64,000 bases of DNA, from assembly GCA_964622095.1 (NCBI GenBank), contig CAZUPP010000016.1, positions 13,553 to 77,552 on the forward strand, read 5' to 3'. Each line of letters starts with the position of its first letter. Position 1 is the stretch's first letter. Below are positions 50,770 through 59,942 of this stretch, in pieces. The position numbers and the translations under genes were made by a program. Source of the stretch: an uncultured Verrucomicrobiales bacterium. Lineage in GTDB: Bacteria > Verrucomicrobiota > Verrucomicrobiia > Verrucomicrobiales > CAZUPP01. A model generated the notes under the pieces. It was not told the origin of the DNA and made no database searches. It worked only from the letters and a program-made list of their open reading frames with translations.

Positions 50770-51905
50770 GTTTCTCCCATAAACTCCGCCGCAATCGCGT
50801 CCGCCAGCAATCGCCCGCGATCCGTCAGCCGCACCCGTGAATTGTTGTCCGTTTCCTGAAGCAGACCTTCCTCCAGCATGGCGCTCAGCTTTTCTTCATG
50901 CGGCGCAAAGATCATTCGCTCCACCCCGAACCGCGTCCGCAGACCAAAGGCAATTTTCTCGCTCACCCGAATTTCCTCGCTGAGATCTTCGGAAAAACTC
51001 ACCGGAAATTCTCCGCGCGATAACTGGGCGATGTAGCTGTCTGTATCCGCAATATTCTGCCAGCGTTCATTTCCCATACTGGAAAAAGCACTCGGCCCGA
51101 GGCCCAGATAATCCGAGCCCTCCCAGTAGGCCAGGTTATGTAAACATTCATTTCCGGCCGGGGCGAAATTACTGATCTCATAGGGCGGATATCCCGCCGC
51201 TGATAGTCTCCCCGCGGTCAACTCAAAGAATGCCGCGTCATCGTCCGCGTCCTGCGTAAATTCGCCGCGCTCGAACTTCCGGAAAAACTCGGTATCCTCT
51301 TCATAAGTCAGGTTATACGCGGAGACATGATCCGGCTTCATTGAGACGGTTTTATCCAGGGTCGCTTCCCAGGACTCAATCGATTGACCCGGCACCGCAA
51401 AAATATGATCCAGGTTAATGTTCGTAAATCCTGCTTCGCGCAGAAAGACATAGGAGCGCTCAGCCTGCTCCTTGGTGTGGATTCGTCCCAGAACATGCAG
51501 CGTCTCGTCGTCCCAACTCTGAATCCCCATACTCGCCCGGTTCACCCCCAGCTCCATTAAAAGCCGCGCCTTCTCGACTGATACCGTCGCCGGATTCATT
51601 TCCAGCGTCCATTCCCGCAGCTCGGATAAGTCCAGGCGCGCGCGTAATCCCTCCAGCAGCCGGCGCATCTCCGCCATCGGCAGAACACTCGGTGTGCCCC
51701 CTCCAAAGAAAATCGTGCGCGGCTGAAGCTCGATCGCTCCTTCTTTGCCGCGGCTCCACCCGGCCAGACGCCCATCGAGTTCCCGCAAAACCGCCCGGAC
51801 ATAGTGGTCAAAGCTTCCCCCCGTCACCCGCCGCTTGTAGAAGCTGCAATAGGGGCAGATCTTCGGGCAGAACGGGACATGTAGATAAAGATGGCGGACA
51901 ATCAT
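50763..51905 (-). CDS. hemW: Radical SAM heme chaperone HemW (HemN-like)
   Basis: LYLHVPFCPKICPYCSF, FFGGGTPS, YEISNFA, HNLAYW, YLGLGPSA. Confidence 0.88.
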   Translation of the reverse strand: MIVRHLYLHVPFCPKICPYCSFYKRRVTGGSFDHYVRAVLRELDGRLAGWSRGKEGAIELQPRTIFFGGGTPSVLPMAEMRRLLEGLRARLDLSELREWTLEMNPATVSVEKARLLMELGVNRASMGIQSWDDETLHVLGRIHTKEQAERSYVFLREAGFTNINLDHIFAVPGQSIESWEATLDKTVSMKPDHVSAYNLTYEEDTEFFRKFERGEFTQDADDDAAFFELTAGRLSAAGYPPYEISNFAPAGNECLHNLAYWEGSDYLGLGPSAFSSMGNERWQNIADTDSYIAQLSRGEFPVSFSEDLSEEIRVSEKIAFGLRTRFGVERMIFAPHEEKLSAMLEEGLLQETDNNSRVRLTDRGRLLADAIAAEFMGETQ

Positions 51906-53006
51906 TTCAGAGCGGACGAAGACGGCGACGGAGCGCAGGCTGCCCAGCAAGATGCTGATCTTCACGCCTCGCGCCACCGCTATCTCCTCCTCTACGGTAA
52001 GAGCCTGCTCAAAGGCGTCTCCCGCAGCTTTTATCTCACCATTCGCGCCCTGCCCGGGCTCCTACGTGAACCCATCAGCCTCGGTTACCTGCTCGCTCGC
52101 GCTTCGGATACCATGGCCGATGCCGGCGCCATCCCCCTCGGTGACCGGCTCCAGCTCCTCGAGCTTTTCGCTGATGCCCTTGAGCAGGGCGGCGGTGAAA
52201 AGGTGGGCTGGCTCGCCTTCAAAGCCGCTGCCGCCGCGGAGGCTCAGGTCAATAAGCACGAACGCCATCTCCTCCTCGCCCTGCCGGAGATCTTCGCCTG
52301 GCTTGAGGCCCAGGAAAAACCCGTCCGCGCCGAACTCAGGCGCACCCTCGCCACCATTGTCAAAGGTCAGCAGCTCGACTTAAAACGGTTCGGCTACGCC
52401 GGGCCGGGTAGCACGGTCATCGCCCTGGAAGATGCCGGGCAACTGGATGAATACACCTACCTCGTCGCTGGTCGTGTCGGCGAATTATGGACCCGGTTAT
52501 GCGCCTACTTTTTCACGCGCTGGTGCCAGACGAGCGTCCATACCATGCTCGACTGGGGGCGCAATTTCGGCAAAGCCCTCCAGCTCACAAATATCCTGCG
52601 CGATCTCCCTGCCGATCTGCGCGATGGCCGGTGTTATCTTCCCATGACAGAATTGGCCCATCACTTCGGCGGACGGGAAAACGTCGATCTCACCGCCCTC
52701 GCCGCCGATCCCTCCCTTGCCCGCTCCGTCTGGGAAAACTGGCTCACCCGCGCCCAGGATTACCTCCAGGATGCCGTCCAATACACCCTTTCCTGCTCCC
52801 GCTGGAGACTCCGTTTCGCCTGCGCCCTTCCCGTCCTCATCGGGCTGCGCACCCTCCAGAAACTCCGCACCGCCAGCCCGGCACAATTCGCCGCCGGAAC
52901 AAAAATCAGCCGCCAGGAAGTGCGCCGCCTCCTGCTGCGAACCTTCCTCGCCAGCTTCCGGCAAAAAAGCCTGAGCCGATTATTTCAGGATGAACTAAAA
53001 CCATAA
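51891..53006 (+). CDS. Squalene/phytoene synthase family protein
   Basis: VSRSFYLTI, YLLARASDTMAD, YTYLVAG.VG, LQLTNILRD...D...GRCYLP. Confidence 0.88.
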   Translation: MADNHFRADEDGDGAQAAQQDADLHASRHRYLLLYGKSLLKGVSRSFYLTIRALPGLLREPISLGYLLARASDTMADAGAIPLGDRLQLLELFADALEQGGGEKVGWLAFKAAAAAEAQVNKHERHLLLALPEIFAWLEAQEKPVRAELRRTLATIVKGQQLDLKRFGYAGPGSTVIALEDAGQLDEYTYLVAGRVGELWTRLCAYFFTRWCQTSVHTMLDWGRNFGKALQLTNILRDLPADLRDGRCYLPMTELAHHFGGRENVDLTALAADPSLARSVWENWLTRAQDYLQDAVQYTLSCSRWRLRFACALPVLIGLRTLQKLRTASPAQFAAGTKISRQEVRRLLLRTFLASFRQKSLSRLFQDELKP

Positions 53007-53127
53007 TCAACTACGATAGGATGCTGCCGAAGCAGGAATGTTTGTGAATGTAGTACTTGGAGGCAGTTATGAGAATTGCGAAAGGTGTCTACAGGTCCCA
53101 GTTTGCTGATCACGTGAGGCGTCCGCA

Positions 53128-53454
53128 ATGGCTGCCATGAAAATAAAGTGGAGAAGGAGGAGCTGGGAGTATGAAAAACTAGGTGAACCCTTCAATCCTC
53201 CAAATGAATCGTTGGATGACTTTGGCGAGGAGTTCTACCAAGTTAGCACGATGCTCGAAACAATATTGCTCAAATATGGTCGGAACCATTCTGGTTTTGA
53301 CGGAGATCATTATTTCTTTGATGAAGATCATTATTTTGCTCCTTCTGTTGGAAGATCGCGAAGAATTGGCGCAGAGATTCTTAATCAGAACATGCTGACG
53401 GTTTCATTCTTTAAAGACATGAAGAATCGAACCAGAATGGGGAGGGGAGGCTAA
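53128..53454 (+). CDS. Hypothetical protein in AT-richer islet (possibly truncated)
   Basis: ORF with lower GC than its flanks; internal DHYF duplication. Confidence 0.45.
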   Translation: MAAMKIKWRRRSWEYEKLGEPFNPPNESLDDFGEEFYQVSTMLETILLKYGRNHSGFDGDHYFFDEDHYFAPSVGRSRRIGAEILNQNMLTVSFFKDMKNRTRMGRGG

Positions 53455-53529
53455 GACGGTTTCGTTGCAGCCTTGTCGCAACTAGGTGAAAAAGCAGCCA
53501 GGCGAGCCTCAGGTGGATGGTATTACGAA

Positions 53530-54028
53530 ATGGATGTTCAATTACTTAAATCAATTCGTTCGTCTATAAAAAGTGGTCACACCCAGGAGTTTCTTGCGTT
53601 AATTGAAAGGCACCCTGACGCGCTCGACGCGACGACGGCTTTTGGTAGTTGGCTGCACGTTGCTGCCTCATTTGGACAACTTGATATCGTAAGAAATCTT
53701 GTTGAAGAATTTCATGTCGACATTAACAAAGAGGGCGGCATTTCAGACGGTGGCGCATTAGATGGAGCGAGTGGGGACGGCCATTATGATGTCGTTAAAT
53801 ACCTTTTAGATAAGGGTGCGAAGCTGGACACTTCACAGCCCCACAAGAATCCTTTGTTTGCGGCAATTTACGGGAATCACCTCGAGATCGGGAAGCTCCT
53901 TTTAGAGGCTGGAATCGATAAGGACGTTAAATATAGCGGCAAACATGGACAACATGTCAGCAATCGATTTTGCTCGCGAGCGCGGTGCTTCTGAGTTCGT
54001 TAAGTTGCTTGAGGAGCATGATTCTTAA
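53530..54028 (+). pseudogene. Ankyrin-repeat protein with frameshift near 53944
   Basis: Ankyrin repeats (WLHVAA..GQLDIV..L, GHYDVVKYLL..GA, NPLFAAI..NHLEI..LLL.AG); the last repeat MSAIDFARERGASEFVKLL is in the +1 frame (53945-54028). Confidence 0.75.
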
Positions 54029-54187
54029 GTCGTTGCGGCCCGGCTGGCGTTAATTCGACTGATGCCTATCTCCCCAGTGACTAATTGGCCATTGTAATGT
54101 GCAATCGTGCGAACCGGCTCCACCTACCCCTCGACAACCCGCCTGAAAACTTTCTTTCACTTCTTTCACTTCTTTCACCCCGAACGA

Positions 54188-54253
54188 CCCGGACGTGTCG
54201 CGCCCATCCAATTTCTGCGCTAGATTGAAGTATAGGGTCATTATTCTCCTCCT
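54188..54253 (+). repeat. 66-bp direct repeat, copy 1
   Basis: cccggacgtgtcgcgcccatc(c/g)aatttctgcgctagattgaagtatagggtcattattctcctcct; 1 mismatch vs copy 2. Confidence 0.92.
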
Positions 54254-54664
54254 GCCTCCGCTCTTCCGCTCTTCCGCACCGCCGCGTCAGCGACGGACGA
54301 ACCGCTCGCCCGTCCAGCTTCGGACTGGCCGGGAGCGTAAGCCCCCGGAACCGGTGTTTGCATATAATACAACGCGCAAGCCCTCGGCTCCAATTGCCCC
54401 TTACGCTACCCGCCCGCGCGCTCTTAACCGCCCCGTATCCATCTTCGCTTTTTGCCTCATCAACCGAAGCCACAAGCAAACAACGCCCTGACACAGCTCC
54501 GGCCCCGGACTGCCTCACCCAGCTATCCTGAGCAAACCTCGAATTCTTCTCAACTTCGTGTCCTTCGCGTCTTCGTCGTTAGCCCAACCACAACCGGGAC
54601 AGCTTCCCCTCGCCCGGTAACGAAAGTTTTTCCGCACTTTTTTCACCACGGACGTTCCGGACGT

Positions 54665-54730
54665 CCCGGACGTGTCGCGCCCATCGAATTTCTGCGCTAG
54701 ATTGAAGTATAGGGTCATTATTCTCCTCCT
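54665..54730 (+). repeat. 66-bp direct repeat, copy 2
   Basis: Same sequence 477 bp downstream of copy 1. Confidence 0.92.
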
Positions 54731-54967
54731 CCTTCCGCTCTTCGTCCGCCTTCACTTACACACCGCCTCAAAAGCAAAGCAGCCCGCCATCTCGATCCCT
54801 TCCCTTCCCGGATCCCGGCCCTCCACCACAGCACCGCCAGCACCGCACTCCGCGCTCCAGCCGTACGACCCGCCTCCCGCCAACTCACCAGCTAACCAGC
54901 CATCCAGCACACCAGCCAATGACCATTGCCCCATCCCGCCGTCCGTTCCCTTCCATTCCCTTTTTTA

Positions 54968-54989
54968 TTTTACCGAACGTTCGGTAAAA
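54968..54989. promoter_or_regulatory. Perfect 22-bp palindrome, TetR-like operator
   Basis: ttttaccgaacgttcggtaaaa. Confidence 0.6.
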
Positions 54990-55067
54990 CACCCCGCTCC
55001 CTGCCCGCAGCCCCTGTTTATCAGCTTCTAGCCCTGACCAACCCCTTCAATCTTTCTTTCCTTTCCA

Positions 55068-55089
55068 TTTTACCGAACGGTCGGTCAAG
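55068..55089. promoter_or_regulatory. Second, imperfect copy of the TetR-like operator
   Basis: ttttaccgaacggtcggtcaag, exactly 100 bp after the first. Confidence 0.55.
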
Positions 55090-55204
55090 CCCGTTCAACC
55101 CCATCTCCACCAGCTCTTCCGCCGCCCGCTCTTCCGCCGGTCTCATTGACATCCCTCATCGCCGGAGCAAGTTACCGTCCTCACCGAATCTTCCGTAATC
55201 CACC

Positions 55205-56605
55205 ATGCCGAAGGTCTATCTCAAAACCTATGGGTGTCAGATGAATGTGCGCGACTCAGAGCAGGTCAGCCGCCAGTTCGTCGAGCGTGGCTACACCCTC
55301 ACGGAGCACGCGGAGGAGGCCGACGTCGTCCTGATCAATACCTGCAGCGTGCGCGATATGGCGGAGCAGAAGGCCCTCGGCAAAATGCGCGCCATGTCCA
55401 CCCCGGCCACCAAAGGCCATGGCAGCCGTCTCAATGGCAAGGCGCACGGCCGCGGAGCGCTTGTCTACGGATTCCTCGGTTGCATGGCGCAGAGCCGCGG
55501 GGCGGAGCTCCTGGCAGATGCGCCGGGCGTCAATCTGGTGGTAGGAACGCAGAAGTTTCACCGGGTCGTGGATCATGTCGAAGCAATCATCGCCCGCAAA
55601 ACGGAGCGGCAGATGGATGATCCCCGCCTGAGCATGATCGTGGATGTGGAGGAAGAAGCCGGCAGCCAGAATACCATCCGCGATCACGACCTGAAAGAGC
55701 AGCAGGTCAGCGCCTTCGTTTCCATCATGCAGGGCTGTAATCAGCGCTGCACCTTCTGCATCGTGCCCGATACCCGCGGAGCCGAGCGCAGCCGGCCCAT
55801 TCCCGAGATCGTCGATGAGGTGAAAAGCCTGCGTGACCGCGGGGTGAAGGAAGTCACCCTGCTCGGGCAGATCGTCAATTGCTACGGGCGCAAGGAGTTC
55901 GAGCGCATTGACGGGATCAGTCCCTTTGTCCAGTTGCTTGACGCCGTCCATGAGGTGGAGGGTATCGAACGTCTGCGCTTTACCTCGCCGCATCCGGTGG
56001 GTTTCCGGGAGGATCTCATTGAGGCCTTCGCCCGCCTCCCGAAGCTCATGCCGCACGCGCATTTTCCGCTCCAGAGCGGGAGCAATCGCATTCTCAGGCT
56101 CATGAAGCGCGGGTATACCCGGGAGAAGTATCTGGGGCTCATTGAGGCGATGCGCCAGGCGCGGCCGGGCATGGCTTTTTCCACGGACATCATCGTGGGT
56201 TTCCCGGGCGAAACGGATGAGGACTACCTGGAAACCCGCGAGCTGGTCGAACGGATCGGTTTTGAAAACGCCTTCATTTTCCGCTACTCACCACGGCGCA
56301 ATACGCCCGCCGCGGAAATGGGCGAGCAGCTCAGTGAAGAAGTGAAAATGGCGCGGAACCAGGACCTGCTCACCGTGGTGGATGACTACACCCATGCCCA
56401 GGGCCAGGCCGCGCTCGGTACCCTCGTGGAAGTGCTCTGCGAAGGGCCCAGTAAAACCAACGCGGAGCGGCTCAGCGGGCGCAGCCCCACCAACCGTATC
56501 GTCGTCTTTGAGGGGGCGCCCCGGCACATCGGTCAGCTCGTCCCCGTGCGCATCACGGATTCCACCGGATACACCCTTTACGGGGACCCCGTCATCTGCG
56601 ATTAA
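55205..56605 (+). CDS. miaB: tRNA-2-methylthio-N6-dimethylallyladenosine synthase
   Basis: TYGCQMN..DS, NTCSVR..AEQK, GC...CTFCIVP.TRG.ERSR, RLRFTSPHP, TRAM domain. Confidence 0.96.
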   Translation: MPKVYLKTYGCQMNVRDSEQVSRQFVERGYTLTEHAEEADVVLINTCSVRDMAEQKALGKMRAMSTPATKGHGSRLNGKAHGRGALVYGFLGCMAQSRGAELLADAPGVNLVVGTQKFHRVVDHVEAIIARKTERQMDDPRLSMIVDVEEEAGSQNTIRDHDLKEQQVSAFVSIMQGCNQRCTFCIVPDTRGAERSRPIPEIVDEVKSLRDRGVKEVTLLGQIVNCYGRKEFERIDGISPFVQLLDAVHEVEGIERLRFTSPHPVGFREDLIEAFARLPKLMPHAHFPLQSGSNRILRLMKRGYTREKYLGLIEAMRQARPGMAFSTDIIVGFPGETDEDYLETRELVERIGFENAFIFRYSPRRNTPAAEMGEQLSEEVKMARNQDLLTVVDDYTHAQGQAALGTLVEVLCEGPSKTNAERLSGRSPTNRIVVFEGAPRHIGQLVPVRITDSTGYTLYGDPVICD

Positions 56606-56615
56606 CCCCGCCATC

Positions 56616-57176
56616 ATGCTGTATCCCTTTTCTCTGCAGGCCGTCGGGCTGGCTGTTGGCGCCCTCTTGATCGCCACCCACCTCTACGCCCTCGTTCAGC
56701 CCGTCACGGCCAGAAAGCTCCTCCTCAAGACCCCCCGGGATATCGGCCTGGGCACCGTCCTCATGCTCATCGCCCTGCTCTGGTCCCTGTGGGTCCTCTA
56801 CCAGGCGGACTTTGGCGAATACAACCGGCTGAAAAACATTCTCGGCCTCGCCTTTGTCGCGATCTTCTTTGGCAGCGTGACCCTTCTCCAGGAACACCTC
56901 ACCGCACGCGCCCTGGGAGTGATCGCCCTGCTCGCCGCCCAGCCGCTCCTTGATGCTGCCTTCATGCGCCCGGAAACCAGCCGCCTCCTGCTCGTCGTGC
57001 TCGCTTACGCGTGGATCGTCGCCGGCCTGTTCTGGGTCGGCGTGCCTTACCTCTATCGTGACCACGTCAACTGGGTCGCCGCCGACGGAAAAAACTCCCG
57101 CTGGAAAGCCGCTGCCCTCGGCGGGATTCTTTATGGCGCCGTCTTAGTGGGGTGCGCAATTCTTCTGTACGGCTGA
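56616..57176 (+). CDS. Hypothetical multi-pass membrane protein
   Basis: About 6 hydrophobic segments, host-like codon usage; ATG at 56616. Confidence 0.75.
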   Translation: MLYPFSLQAVGLAVGALLIATHLYALVQPVTARKLLLKTPRDIGLGTVLMLIALLWSLWVLYQADFGEYNRLKNILGLAFVAIFFGSVTLLQEHLTARALGVIALLAAQPLLDAAFMRPETSRLLLVVLAYAWIVAGLFWVGVPYLYRDHVNWVAADGKNSRWKAAALGGILYGAVLVGCAILLYG

Positions 57177-57221
57177 GCTTTTATTGGTATACATTTGCGC
57201 TAAAGCTGCAGAATCGTGGAG

Positions 57222-58001
57222 ATGCCCGAAGAAACACAAGTCTATGATACGGCTCCAATCATTGAAGCGATCGTAGATATTGAGTGTACTATGCCGCATG
57301 GGTTCTCTCTCGACGCGGTCAAGCAAGACGCTCAGAGGAAATTTCTCGAGTCCTATCCTATCGAGCGGCCACACTATGTTGATGAGCATAGATTTGAAAT
57401 ACAGAAGGACGATCAATCTGAGCACAGCAGAAAGCAGATGCTTGTTGGATTTCGATTCTTCTCCAAAGACGAAAAACAGATCGTTCAAATTAAGCGGAGC
57501 GGATTCTCTTTTAATCGACTCGCTCCTTACAGCACATTGGATGATTATCTTGACGAGATAAAGCGCAGGTGGGAAGAATTCGTTGCCATTGCAAAACCGC
57601 TGTCCCTCGTTCGAGTTGAGCTTCGCTATATAAATAGATTCCTTCTTCCCATTGAGAATCAGACCGTTGATTTATCCAGATACCTGACATACAGCCCGCG
57701 ACTGCCCTTCGAGGATAAGGTAAGTCTACGTAACTTTCTGCACCAATACACATTTACGGACCCCAGCACGGCGGCAGAAGCGACTACGGTGCTCGCTTCT
57801 CAAGCGATCAAGGACGCGGAGATACCCATCATCCTTGATATTCAGGTTTCGAAAAGCATGGAGCATAAACCGGATGACTGGAATGCAGTTTTGAACCAGA
57901 TCAGGGCCTTGCGAAAATTCAAAAATCAACTTTTTGAAAACAATCTGACAGAATCATGCAAGCATCGATTCAAACAGCGTTCTCTAGAGCCAATACTTTA
58001 G
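57222..58001 (+). CDS. TIGR04255-family protein
   Basis: Y..APIIEAIVDI, GFRF.S.D...IVQ....GFSFNRLAPY, R..LRYINR, ILDI, LR..KN..FE pattern recognised from this family. Confidence 0.8.
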   Translation: MPEETQVYDTAPIIEAIVDIECTMPHGFSLDAVKQDAQRKFLESYPIERPHYVDEHRFEIQKDDQSEHSRKQMLVGFRFFSKDEKQIVQIKRSGFSFNRLAPYSTLDDYLDEIKRRWEEFVAIAKPLSLVRVELRYINRFLLPIENQTVDLSRYLTYSPRLPFEDKVSLRNFLHQYTFTDPSTAAEATTVLASQAIKDAEIPIILDIQVSKSMEHKPDDWNAVLNQIRALRKFKNQLFENNLTESCKHRFKQRSLEPIL

Positions 58002-58477
58002 TGTTAGGCAGCCCAAGCACGCAGAATTGCAGTGCGGTTTCTCTTGAGGCTCAGTTTGTTGGGCATGCTCTAGGTATAATTCAACGTGAGACCGAAGAGG
58101 CCCACTCCTTGTTTGGCGCCAGGATGAAGCTTATCTCAGAGCTTGGTCAGCTTCAGGATGAATGCTCAATCCCTAATTGGGATGGCGAAGAGTCAGCGCC
58201 TCTTTCTGAGTCTGCGGTAAGAAATGCAGAGAAATTAATACGGTTACTTCCTGAAAATTTGCCAATGCCTGAAGTCTCGCCGGAACCTGATGGCTCTATT
58301 TCACTCGACTGGATGCCGTCACAAAGGCGCATCTTATCGTTAAGCGTTGGTGATGACGATTACATCCCATTTGCCTGGCTTAGAGGGATAAGCAGAGGAA
58401 GAGGGGTTGCCGACTCACGCTCAAAAGAGTTTCCCGTGGAAATTCTCGGGCTCCTTCAGGTTATCCTGCAAAAATGA
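57956..58477 (+). CDS. Uncharacterised WDG-motif protein (candidate antitoxin)
   Basis: NWDGE.S.PL...AV..A...I..LP...P.PEV.PEPDGSISLDW; overlaps both neighbours. Confidence 0.7.
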   Translation: MQASIQTAFSRANTLVLGSPSTQNCSAVSLEAQFVGHALGIIQRETEEAHSLFGARMKLISELGQLQDECSIPNWDGEESAPLSESAVRNAEKLIRLLPENLPMPEVSPEPDGSISLDWMPSQRRILSLSVGDDDYIPFAWLRGISRGRGVADSRSKEFPVEILGLLQVILQK

Positions 58478-58896
58478 ATTTTCTTCCATCAGGCTTGCCC
58501 GAGGTCGTCGAAGGGAACGAGGAATTGGCGCCATTCATCAATCAGAGCAATAAGTTTAGCTCAAGCGGTCCAAAGCCAGCCGCATTCTTACCAAATCCTA
58601 AGTCCCGAAATACTTCAGTTTTCCGATTCAACCAGCAAAACATCGAACGGGTAATCGATGCATACCAATCACACAATACAACCGAAAGGCCCCTTAAAGC
58701 AGTGGCTTTTGTGCTAGCCAAAGCTGTCCGCCATGTCGGATTGGAAGTAATAGCTGAAGAGCCGCCTCCAAGACACGCAAATATCGAGCACTGGCCTTGG
58801 AATGAGGGGGATCTGAATGATCAGAAATCGAGGCAGAAAGAGATCGCTGTCACACTGGTGGGTGAGGCGGATTTGGTTGTCCTCGGAATTGAATAA
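58474..58896 (+). CDS. Uncharacterised protein, ADP-ribosyltransferase-fold-like (candidate toxin)
   Basis: KPAAFLP...TSVFR...VR..GL.V....P.P.HANI pattern; ATGA-coupled to upstream gene. Confidence 0.6.
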   Translation: MNFLPSGLPEVVEGNEELAPFINQSNKFSSSGPKPAAFLPNPKSRNTSVFRFNQQNIERVIDAYQSHNTTERPLKAVAFVLAKAVRHVGLEVIAEEPPPRHANIEHWPWNEGDLNDQKSRQKEIAVTLVGEADLVVLGIE

Positions 58897-58898
58897 TC

Positions 58899-59942
58899 AT
58901 GCCAGCCCGCATTCTAGTCATTCGAGGAGGAGCGATTGGGGACTTTGTCCTGACCTTGCCGGCGCTGCGTTTACTCCGGGAAAATTTCGCCGACGCGCAT
59001 ATTGAGATCCTCGGGTATAAACACATCGTGGCGCTCGCGGATGGACGTTATTATGCCAATGGTTCGCGCTCGATTGAGTACGGGCCGCTCGCCACTTTTT
59101 TCACCGCGGGCGGAAAACTCGATCCGGAATTATGCGACTATTTTGCGAGCTTCGATCTCGTTATCAGTTTCCTTTATGACCCGGACGAGGTTTTCGAGAC
59201 GAATTTACTCAAGGCGCGCGTGCAGAATCTGATCAAAGCATCACCTCAGGTGAATGATGAAGAATACGCTGCTCGTCAATTGGCGCGCCCCCTGGAACGA
59301 ATCGCGCTTTTCCTGGATGAACCCGCTTCGTACACGAGGGCTGATAACCAGACAGAAAGCGGTCATCCCGCACACCCTCGCCTTTTTCCAAATGAAGATG
59401 ACGAGCGCGCGGCCGGCGAACTGCTCTCCCGGGCGGGGGCAGAGGAAAGAATAATCGCGCTGCACCCCGGATCGGGAAGCCCGCGAAAAAATTGGCCGCC
59501 CGAACGCTGGGCCCGAATCATTGGAGAAATTCTGCGGGATGATTCTCTCATCCAGTTAATCCTGCTCTCCGGCGAAGCGGATAATAACGCGGTGAGTGAA
59601 CTGAAGTTCACCCTTGGCCGCGCCGAAGCCGAACGGGTTTCCGTGATCCATAATCAGCCGTTGCCCGTCGTGGCTGCTCTGCTGCGGCGGGCGCGGCTTT
59701 TTCTGGGTCACGACAGCGGCATTTCACATATCGCCGCGGCCGTGGGCACTCCCAGCATCCTCCTTTACGGGCCTACTTCAGCCACCACGTGGGGGCCGCA
59801 AAGCGCGAATGTCACCATTATCTGTTCTGCGACAGATGACATGGCCGAAATTGACGAAAACGCCCTACGTCAGGAAATCCGTTCCCGCTTGCGTGGGGAG
59901 GACGGTTCCGCTCGGCCTCACCAGGGTGAGGTCGGCACATAA
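58899..59942 (+). CDS. GT9 family (heptosyltransferase-like) glycosyltransferase
   Basis: ILVIRGGAIGDFVLT.P, LHPGSG...KNWP, GHDSG.SHIAAA.G.P...LYGPT. Confidence 0.92.
   Translation: MPARILVIRGGAIGDFVLTLPALRLLRENFADAHIEILGYKHIVALADGRYYANGSRSIEYGPLATFFTAGGKLDPELCDYFASFDLVISFLYDPDEVFETNLLKARVQNLIKASPQVNDEEYAARQLARPLERIALFLDEPASYTRADNQTESGHPAHPRLFPNEDDERAAGELLSRAGAEERIIALHPGSGSPRKNWPPERWARIIGEILRDDSLIQLILLSGEADNNAVSELKFTLGRAEAERVSVIHNQPLPVVAALLRRARLFLGHDSGISHIAAAVGTPSILLYGPTSATTWGPQSANVTIICSATDDMAEIDENALRQEIRSRLRGEDGSARPHQGEVGT

Noticed and set aside
51891-53006. Squalene/phytoene synthase as part of the cyclase-P450 cluster
   Set aside because: It is about 7.6 kb from the UbiA gene, on the opposite strand, has host-like composition and is separated by unrelated genes
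54188-54730. CRISPR array
   Set aside because: Only two 66-bp copies with a ~410-bp gap and no cas genes
54050-55198. Short ORFs sharing N-termini (MTLYFNLAQK..., MSRPSNFCARLK...)
   Set aside because: Explained by the DNA direct repeat; sequences diverge right after it and look non-coding
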